45,129 bases of DNA from Paraglomus brasilianum (taxonomy: Eukaryota): contig CAJVPI010000179.1 in NCBI GenBank assembly GCA_910592345.1, forward strand, positions 1 to 45,129. The letters are read 5' to 3'. Below, in pieces: positions 27,695-37,006 of this stretch. Positions within the stretch are counted from its first letter, which is position 1. Each line of letters starts with the position of its first letter. Position numbers and translations under genes: made by a program. The notes beneath the pieces are model-generated. The model worked only from the letters and a program-made list of their open reading frames with translations, searched no databases and was not told where the DNA came from.

Positions 27695-28351
27695 CAGTCA
27701 ATTCGGACACCAACTTTCCGAGGCCATCATCCGAATTATTTATATTATCGATTCATGGTGTGACAAAAACCGCCACAAATTTTGAAAAAGGTTCTAAAGT
27801 ATACTGTAATTTACGATATGAAACTTGACTAATTAGCCGACGAACGATTGATAAATAATCTACACGAATATTAATGTTATCGTTATTCTGTTCAAGAAAC
27901 GATAAAGACTGTCTTAATGCATCTTCGCCTTCTTTTAACGAAATTTTTATCAAAATTATCTTTTGTTATTATGATTTAGAACATCTTGAGTTTTTTTGCG
28001 GCAGTTAGATGTGTATAGGGTTTGGGATGTTTTTGTTTTTGGAACAATCCATAAAAAAAACTCTTTCGTAATTTGGACGGCTGGATTTTATTAAGCGTGT
28101 CCGAATTAACAAGAAATTATTACATATATTAATATGGGTAATGATCTGTAGTGGACGAATTAAAGTTAGATTTTACAATACTTAATTTATACAGTTAATC
28201 ACTTACAGTTGTCCGAACCGAATTAATCGAGATTTCATAATTATGGACGAATAAAAGGAAGGAATTTGATATGAAAAAACGAGTCCGGCATCAAGCGTCC
28301 GGATTATCGAAAATCCGAATTAAAGAGGGACGAATTAAAGGCAGTTGACTG
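27695..28351 (-). mobile_element. Internally deleted pogo/Tigger-like DNA transposon
   Basis: TA|CAGTCAA ... TTGACTG|TA termini and multiple (G/T)(A/C)CGAATTAA subterminal repeats at 28070-28340. ORF 27753-27953 (ISLKEGEDALRQSLSFLEQ...LQYTLEPF) resembles a pogo/CENP-B transposase C-terminus. Confidence 0.6.
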
Positions 28352-28362
28352 TAGTCTGTGTT

Positions 28363-28497
28363 TGCATGTTTCATGCGCGTAGGCTCCAATAAGATTGCAT
28401 GTTTCAGGCTCCATATAGGATTGCGCGTAGGCTTCCATATAAGATTGCATGCTTTATGCGCGTCGGTTCCATATAAGATTGCGTGTTTTCGGTTCCG
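28363..28497. repeat. About 5 imperfect tandem direct repeats upstream of the IS607-Fanzor element
   Basis: Recurring units built from TGCATGTTTC / TGCGCGTAGGCTCCA / TATAAGAT. Confidence 0.8.
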
Positions 28498-28610
28498 CCA
28501 TTCAAATACCGACAACCATAAACATATTTAAAGACATTATCCCCAAACTCTTTAACCATTGCAATATTGCAATATTTTGCTCATTTGAAATCCAAATCGT
28601 AAACACATAA

Positions 28611-30184
28611 TCTCTCCCCAAAACCACCACTTCAAACAAAAGGAGGTCCTCAGCTCCTCAATCTACGGATAGATCACAGGACACGAAATTGGTTCAGGGC
28701 TCAATTGGAAACGCAGGGCCCTTTTGGAACAAATATACTCTAAAGGAGTCGAAGAAGTGGTGGTTACCCGAAAAGACCGCTTGTGTTGCTTTGGATCCAA
28801 ACTTGTGGAGCTCGCAGAAGACCTACTCGCAATCGTCACAGTGTTTGTGGCGTGACATAATGGACTATGTTCGGCCGCAAATCGCAGAAGGAGAAGAGAA
28901 GCCGCCCAAGAGGTTCAAGAAGGAAGTGAAGAAACCTTTAGTAGGCAAGGTCTGACGTATTCGCGTTTATCCCAACCAGCAGGAACGGCTGAAACTCAGA
29001 AGATGGATGGGAACAGCACGATGGACATACAATCGGTGCCTTATCGCTGTCGAAAAAGAAAGTATCAAACGAGAAAAGAAGGATTACGCGCACTATGTCT
29101 CAACGCCAAAAACTTCAATGATACCGAACTTAAATGGGTCTTTGAAACTCCCTACGACATTCGCGATGAAGCAATGAACGACTTGCTTAAAGAATATTCT
29201 TCCAATTTTGCTGCCAGTCGTAAAAATTCAAGATGAAACTCCGTTCCAAAAGGATCCTCAACAATCAATTACGATACTTTCTAAACACTGTGGCAAGTCC
29301 CATGGGAAATATTTATTTTTTCCTAAAATCAAGTCAGCAGAATCTCTTCCATATAATAATAAGCTTGAATATGATAGCCGCCTTGTTATGAATCGACTTG
29401 GGGGATATTATCTTTGTATACCCAGACCACTTGAAATATGGGCTGAAAACCAAAGCCCTATATCTCAAAAGGTTTTTTTTTATTATACTATATTATCTAT
29501 TAAATTAAAACTTTAATTATTAATTATATATTTAACAATTTAATAGGAGGTGATTTCTCTGGATCCAGGTGTATGTACATTCATGACAGGTTATGATCCA
29601 AGTGGAGTAGGGTAAAAATGACATTGGCCGAATTTATCGATTAAGTCATGCATGCGACAAGCTTCAAAGTAAACGCGATTGTATGCATGGGGAAAAAATA
29701 AGCGAAAACGTTACAGGTAAAATTTATTAATTAAATTATTTATTTATTTAATATTTATTTATAATTTAACATATATACTACTTTCAATTGTAGATTACGT
29801 CGTGTTATGTTACACATTCACAAGAGGATCCGCTGTCTTGTGAATGATTGTCATCATAAACTAGCTAAATGGCTTGTGAAAACTATCGCATAATATTACT
29901 ACTCGAATTTCGCACTCAAGGAATGGACAACGACGCATTGGTTCCAAGACTGCTCGAGCCATGTGTACATGGTCACATTATCGCTTTCATTTGGCACGTG
30001 AGCATCCCTGGTGTCGAGTCGTAATTTGTACAGAAGAATACACAAGTAAACTTGTGGATCTTGCGGTTATATTAGGGGCTCCAAGGTTTTTTGCTGTCCC
30101 CAATGTAAAACAAACCTTGGTAAAGATATTAATGGTGCTCGCAATATTCTTCTTCGATATCTTACAAAAAAGGAGTCAGCTTAG
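28611..30184 (+). pseudogene. Fanzor2 / IS607 TnpB-like RNA-guided RuvC nuclease, decayed, two introns
   Basis: Stitched frames give PFWNK..KKWWLPEKT.CV.LD.N.W, RIRVYP..W.GTARWTYN, TPYDIRDEAMNDL, YDSRL, RuvC-I ISLDPGV(C)TF (D at 29562), HHKLAKWL, HYRF, shifted Glu TEEYTSK, Zn finger CGSC..CPQC, and RuvC-III DINGARNI (D at 30125), with TAG at 30182-30184. Premature TGA at 28953 and several frameshifts. Confidence 0.92.
28685..28900 (+). pseudogene. tnpA: IS607-family TnpA serine recombinase remnant (C-terminal two thirds), overlapping the Fanzor frame
   Basis: The frame starting at 28685 reads EIGSGLNWKRRALLEQIYSKGVEEVVVTRKDRLCCFGSKLVELAEDLLAIVTVFVA*HNGLCSAANRRRRR. This matches IS607 TnpA motifs D.GSGLN.KR, DRL.RFG and EL.EDL..I...F.AR..G.RS. 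The catalytic YARVS and HTH are not found. Confidence 0.88.
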
Positions 30185-30266
30185 GCTGACGCGGGAGCCT
30201 ATTCCCTGACAGGACTTGTTATTCCTAATGTGGAGTTTTATTAGTAATGATAGGTTTTAATGTAGG
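30175..30266 (+). ncRNA. Putative omegaRNA scaffold / right end of the IS607-Fanzor element
   Basis: Hairpins at 30175-30190, 30193-30206 and 30211-30258 (19/20 pairs, many G-U). GCCTA (30197-30201) is complementary to TAGGC (30263-30267). Located directly at the 3' end of the nuclease gene. Confidence 0.6.
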
Positions 30267-30689
30267 CGTCACTGTTGCAAGTAATATAAGACACACTGTA
30301 ATAGTAATCTTGCGATTACTATCATCGTAAAGTAAATTTACTTATTAGTAGCATAGCACTGGATATGAAAGCCGTTGTCATAGAAGTTGATAATGTAGAA
30401 CTTTATTGCTAAATATTAGCAAGCTGTTTATATCTCAAGATTGTAATCTCCTTGTTATATATCTCGACAGACTATTGATCTCTCAAAGGATTGATCTCGT
30501 TATCTTTAACTGTGAGAGTGTTGAACTTACATTTAATATTGACGTTGTTCTGGTCATGTACCCTTAATGAACACTTTATTTATTACATGAAGCCGCGAAT
30601 ATAACACTACGTAAATTTACTTTACGATGATAGTAATCGCAAGTCTATTATTATAGTGTGTCTTATATTACATGCTTGCAGCAGTGACG
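30267..30689. mobile_element. MITE/foldback-like element with about 75-bp terminal inverted repeats
   Basis: Arm 30267-30341 (CGTCACTGTTGCAAG..TAATATAAGACACAC..CTTGCGATTACTATCATCGTAAAGTAAATTTAC) is the near-perfect reverse complement of 30611-30689. No TSD seen. Confidence 0.75.
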
Positions 30690-30741
30690 GTTGTTAGTAA
30701 ATTAGTCGTCGTCAATTTGGGGTTCTTTGACGAGATCTATA

Positions 30742-31290
30742 CAGTATGTGACGAAAAAAGTTGCCGTTTTTATGATAACTTCCTGCATATCTATACCAAT
30801 TTTACCACAAAACGCGTTGCGTGAAAAGCAAAACAAAGCTTATGTTTATGGTATATTTCTAGTTCTATTTTTTCTGCGTTTTCATTTGTGTCTTTTTAGA
30901 AATGGATTCTCTATAGAATGTTTCACTTACGCAAAATGACAAGAAAATAAGTTTATTACATTTTTGAAAGCAAATACGCTCTGTTTCGGAATTAAGTAAA
31001 TTGACTACGTATAGCATGATATAACGGAAAGAAAATAATATGTTGGAACACAGATGTGGAAATGGTCGAAAGAACGAGGTGGATAATAATGTGGCTAGAG
31101 CGCTTGGCATATCGATTTTTTAGGTCGGTGTTTAATCAAGTGGATATCAAAAAGCAGGTGTATTAAAATGCCAATGTTTATCGAGAAACACGAAGGAGAT
31201 CGTATGTGGAGGGCGCAAAACACCTCAATGATAATTGTCTTCACTGACGAAACAGTGTTCCAATATTTAATAAACGGAATGTGGAAAAAA
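30742..31290 (+). mobile_element. Tc1 element left portion (decayed)
   Basis: TA|CAGTATGTGACGAAAAAAG terminus; peptides EHRCGNGRK..VARALG, PMFIEKH..R and IVFTDETVFQ (first Asp of DDE). Confidence 0.65.
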
Positions 31291-31420
31291 AAAAGGATGT
31301 CACAAAATCATGGAAAATTGTATCTTCCTTATCTATATCCTCAAGAGTATTTATATAAGGTATCAGGTGATTCCTTAAAACAGCTATATAATCCTCTTTT
31401 TGTTTTTTATCTACAAAAAA
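31290..31420 (-). pseudogene. Second Tc1 transposase fragment (DDE middle), opposite orientation
   Basis: QEDYIAVLRNHLIPYINTLE..DTIFHD resembles Tc1 Y..IL..HL.P......IFQQD. Confidence 0.55.
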
Positions 31421-31804
31421 GAGAATATATATAAAAAACGGTGGAGGGACGGAATAATATTCCTGGTGTGATTGTAAATCAATAAAAATCATTGTCAACA
31501 AGTTATGAAAAGTAATGGGAATTGTGACAATTAAAACGAAATCGGATTAAAATGAAAATTTCTCTATTTTAATATGAAAATTCAAAAATTTTGGGGGCAA
31601 TTTTGGGTTGGGATTTAGGGTAACCTTTGTTAACAGAAGAGTATTAGTATATGTGAGTTTCACAAGCCGAATATCTACTCGAGGGAATTAAATTCTAGGA
31701 CTAATACCCGATTTGCCGGTTTGATCCTATCGCTCGCTCTTATATTCTCATTAATTAATAAAAGGTTTATTATTTAGTCTTTAAATTGTCAACGATTCTT
31801 AGTA

Positions 31805-31977
31805 CAAATGGCTCTCGATATAAGAACCCTTCGATATAAGAAAATTTTGATATAAGAAAGTATTTTTGCTGGACCCGATTTAAAATCTTATAACAAATGA
31901 CTCTCGTTATAAGAGATTTTCGATATAAGAAAGGAATTTGTTGGCCCCGATCACTTTCTTATATCGAGAGCCACTTG
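31805..31977. mobile_element. 173-bp Tc1/mariner-superfamily MITE
   Basis: 22-bp TIR CAA(A/G)TGGCTCTCGATATAAGAA with 1 mismatch, TA on both flanks (31803-4, 31978-9), and internal repeats of (C)GATATAAGA. Confidence 0.92.
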
Positions 31978-33426
31978 TATTAGGCACTTCAGAAATGTAC
32001 TTTTTAGTGATGAGCCGAATGTTGTACTAATGAAATGCTATTTCGACGATAGGATTTTGCTCTGATAAGGTTCTCTTTCCTTTTTGGTCTTTGCGCCGTG
32101 TCCACTTCTTAATACCTTTTGAATATCTGATTATATTAAGCTTGAAATAAGTACATTTAATACTCAAATCCAATGAATATTCCCGTTCTGGTGAAATTTA
32201 ACTACAGTGCACCAAAAAAGTAAAGAGAATAATATTTTTATTTACTGTACAGCAAGAGCTTGGAAGGGCAAGACTACCCAATAGTTTATCTTATTACCAT
32301 TACTTGCAATTACCTCCTTGGCATCCTACGAGCTAAATTAACAAAAATTTCTTTCGACTTATCTCAAGAAAATTTATGGTAAATGCTTTTTTTTAATACT
32401 AATAAACTGTAAGCTGAGGCGATATTTTATTTTGATAAAACAATTCTCAAGCAAAATACGAACAAACTGAATTTAAAACAAACCCTTTCTAATAAATCTT
32501 CAATCGGGTTAATATACGACGGCCAATCTATAATTTTGGTACCTTGTATGAGAAGTTCATGGTTTCCTTATGCTTCGGATCGTTGCGTTACTGGAACATT
32601 ATTTTTTTCTCACAACAATAACGTCATTTGCATAATCAAAGAGATGTTCAGTTAAAAATGTGCACCATTCATAAATATCAGCGACGATTCATTTTATTCT
32701 CGTTAGTTTTTGCGCGCACTGTACATATAATTGGTACTAATATCAACATATCCTTTCTTTATCAGCCCTGCTTCTAATTGTTTCTATTGTTGTTCTCGAG
32801 AATTGGTTTTTAATGCTAAAAGCTTTTCAGAATAAAGTCGACAAATGTCTTCCTTTTGCATAGTTTTTGTGGTGTTATAAATAAGACTGAGTGCAGCTCA
32901 GATTCATGATATAAATTCGTCATATTTGATAAGTGCTTCGTTCAATGAGCGGCTGGGTATTTTAAATCAGTTATATCTCTTGAGCAAGCGTTTGTGTTAT
33001 AACGTGGAATTTATAGCGAATTACGGAATTCTCATTAACGAATGAAGTGATGTGTTGCGTAGAAATGAAATCGGTCAAAAGGATCTATCTAGTTTTATAA
33101 TCAATTTTCCAGTTTACCATTATAATAAGCTTTCATCAAACATACAATACGGCCATGGACTTGAAACTCTGTCTATCAAACAGTTGGTTCGGTATGGTAC
33201 AATGAAAACAAAGTTTCAAACAGAAATGGGGTAAGCCAAATCTGTGGCGCCCAGCAAGTTTGAACCCTAAAATCTATCCAAGGCTGGTGGTTTTGCCATA
33301 TTAATACAATTATCATTGTGTCTATTTGCAACTTCCATAATAATGATCACATGATGAACATCTGACAATTAATCGTTATAAAAATTCAACATATATTTAC
33401 CAACCTCATACTTATAATATTTCCAA

Positions 33427-36400
33427 ATGTCTGACGCCGAATTCGCAAATGTAGAGTCTAATGACGCCGCAGACAAAGACGCACACGCAACAATGGCGTC
33501 AGAAATAGACTATTTGGAAATGTCAAAAGATGTTGGTAAAGAAAGGCAGTCAGATGACGCGATGGTTGATAAGAAAGAAGGCATAGCTCAGTCTCGACCG
33601 AGAATACGTTATACTCAAGAGCAACTGCTGGCATTAAGGCACAGCCCACTAGTAAAGCGGCCAGATGCTTTGCCACCAATGAACTCTTGGTTTGGGTAAG
33701 GATTCTGGCATATGCAACGAGTCAATCCAGTTTCTCAAGCTTCAACATTATAACTAGTCTGGTTAACTACCAAGATCTGCTTCTAGCAAGACTAATCAAC
33801 GTTGTTTTTTGTTAACTCAGCGAACACATCAAACGAGACAACAAAAAATTGACCGGAGACGGAATAGAGGGTGATAATAAAAGGTAGTTGAATGCATGCT
33901 TTAAACTCGGCGAAGACATTTTATCGAATCCGGACTGAATAGAGGTTGACTTTTTTCGTCTTTTTACCTAGCAAAAATTATGGAGAAGGCTCGAGTAAAT
34001 TGAAAGATGATGGGATAGGACTAGGGATCCCAAAGAGCCCGGCATCAAGCGTTTCGAAAAGTCCAAATGGTTCGGCACCTACTTCTCCGCGACCTGCAGG
34101 TAAATTTGGCATTCAAGTACTCCAGCTTATAGTTTGCGAGTGTGCTACTTCTTACTTTGTATTCTTAGTTCAAGAAAAGATTGTCTTAGGACCTCCGAAG
34201 ATGAATTTTGCTTCAACTTCACTGGCAGGACTGAAACCTTCTGGGGAAAAGTTACCTGCAAGATCAAACAGAACCGATGGATCGCGACGACAAGTAAGCG
34301 CGTTAAGCTGCCGTCTTTGCATTTGTTGATTTATTATGCTAACTCCAATTTTGGCAGACAGATGATTTGATATATATGAAACCTTCCAATAAAGAATTTG
34401 AACCACGAGCACCGCGAGGTCCAACTGGTGGACGAGGGTTTGTTGGCAGGGAGGCTTTGCGTGAGCGAAATCTTGCTGAAAAGGCGTCTAAAGAAGCTAA
34501 TACTTTTTCAAGCAATACAAACGGCCGACTAACAGCAGGCGCAAGACCACACGAAACCACCAGAGGTAATAGAAAGGATGGTAAATTGTGGAGCACTAAT
34601 TGGTTATGCAATATGTTTCGGATCATGACCTGTCGCACAAGTATTAATATTGTTGGGAAATCTTATCTCTTACCGCATGTTCTGTATTTAGTTGGTGTGG
34701 GCCATAAAGACTTAAATAGAACGAGCAATTCGCGGTATCATAATTACCAAGAAGATCGTTCGGAGACACCAGAATGGATGAATTATAATCCGCAAACAGA
34801 CGAAACAATGAAGAAAGGAAAGAAGAACGATGATGACAATAAAGCATTTATTGACGATATTCAAGCATGGAAGCTTAAAATGAGGGAACAAGAAAAACAT
34901 AAGCAGCGCGTGGAAAAGGATCGTAAGGATCCGAATGAAAGAAGTAGACCTCGTAGTATGTCTCGTGCTGATAGCAGCGTCTCATGGAGAGCGGATAGTA
35001 AACTCGTCGGTATAGAGGGGCATATGACGGCGATAGCCGGCGCTTTAAATGACAAGGAGAATATGATAAAAGGAGATACAACGTTCGATATTGATGGTAA
35101 TTATTTTCTTGTTCGCATGTCGTACGCTGTTACTTGGGAAAACGACTTATTCTAATTTTCAATAGTGAAACCGTCAAAGAGCACGAGCAATGTGCCCAAT
35201 GTTGACAAACTATTTGGCCTGGGTGGCTTGGATATTAACGTCCCTTTAGATCCCAATTCTTCAGCGTTTGATAATTTTCTTTCCCAACATAGACTTGCCA
35301 TCGCTGAAGAGAATGTAGGGAAGATTAATAACGTTAAAGAGCTAGAGGGCCCATCTCGCGAACAAGAAACTTCCCGATTTGCAAGGTTCTTCTCCCATAG
35401 CGCGGAGAAAGGTATTTCTGATATGGACAATGTTGACGAATCGAAAAAAAACTCTATGCCGGCACAAGTCACGTCTGCGTCTAAAGATGTACCTAGATCG
35501 GGAGCATCGATAAAATTTGAGACTTTATTTCAAAATCAGACGACAACTAACCATTCTACTCCACTGTCCCCAAGCACAACTACTAATGATGGCAAACGCA
35601 TGCTTTCAGAAGCAGAAGTACTGCAAAGCCTTGGCGCCAGGCCTTCTTCGAAGTCCCATGATTTCGATGACTCTGGTGTCGATGATGTCATGGGATTCAA
35701 CAAAATTCTTGCAGTTTTGGCAAAAGGCAATGTAAGCTCCTGTATTCATGCTGCTTTAACTTTTCTTGACGTCCTGAATAGTCGGATTTTTGTACCCTGA
35801 CGGAACAAGCAACCTGAAACCTAAAGTCTTGTTGATAACCATTTTGTAGAATGCGATGGAGCCACCCTCAAACTTTTCAGTATCCCCATCTATTCACGCA
35901 GTACCGGCTTATCAACCAGGATTAGCACATCAAGGGCTTCCTTTTAACGACCCTTCTATTATTATTGCTCAGAAACCCGTCATGGGAAACAAGCCTCCTA
36001 AACTTGAAACGCCGAATAGAGGAATGGTCATTCCTGACGCGAATGCATCAGATTCCGTCAAGAAGATTAATATGCTGTTTGGAGGGAATGTGCCGACGTC
36101 CGTTTATAGGCAGCTGAGCTCCAGGTCCGATGGTGGTTCTAGAGAGTCGTCTGGAGCTTCTTCGCCTGCCCTTAAATTTAATTCCGCAAAGCCTTTGGTA
36201 CCTAGTTTTTCACGTTCGCCGATTATACCCCAATCCCCTCCTATCTCAGACTTTCATGGATCTGATTTCAAGGCTGCAGGGCCTCCAAGGTCACCAGGTC
36301 TTCCGCAGCAGGGTAATTTCAATCCATCCCCATACCACGGAATTCATCCACCCTATTCGAATGGGAATATGTCGTTAGGACGTGACTATCCGCAACCACC

Positions 36401-37006
36401 TCCACAACCTCCACCTCCGCCACAATTAGGGCGTAATATTCCAGTAGAGCAATTGTTTAACTTGGCACCGCGGAACCCTCAACAACTACAATCTCAGTTT
36501 CAACAAGCGTCCATTCCAGTATCAATGCCTCCACCTTTTAGTTATCAGCAGCAACAACAGCAGCAACAACAGCAACATCATCATCACCATCATCAACATC
36601 AACAGCAACATCATCAACCCCACCAAGCACATCAACATCATCATCAACAACCACAACACCCTCATCACCCCCATCACCCCCATCAACAACAATTCTCAGG
36701 GCCTGCTATACCACAACAGTTTGCTGTTCATTCGCACCCTAATATGCTGCACCCAGGCGCTGAAGCTTTATTTGCAAATATGCATGGATATACACAATTC
36801 ATACCGAATATTGTCAATAGTGCTTTAGCACCTAATTCTCTATCAGGTTAGCGTGTTTGCTATTTATCTGTTTCTCTTACAAAAGTGATACTCGACAACC
36901 TAATGAGGTGCATGACTATTTAGGAATGCCATCAAATACTAGTCTTCAACAACGTAGCATGATGACTTTGGAGGAGATTGAGAGGCGCGGACTCGGTGGT
37001 CGATAA
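33427..37006 (+). CDS. eIF4E-binding protein, 4E-T/Eap1-like, multi-exon, with Q/H/P-rich C-terminus
   Basis: Canonical YxxxxL-phi motif RYTQEQLLALR..SPL in exon 1, then ETPEW, SRFARFF, and MTLEEIE in the terminal exon (36924-37006, TAA 37004-37006). Confidence 0.72.
36546..36692 (+). repeat. Coding CAN-triplet low-complexity tract (poly-Q/H)
   Basis: CAG/CAA/CAT/CAC runs encoding QQQQQQQQQQHHHHHHQHQQQHHQPH... Confidence 0.9.

Noticed and set aside
28363..28497. CRISPR array next to a Cas12-like gene
   Set aside because: Units are contiguous and degenerate with no unique spacers, and the context is eukaryotic.
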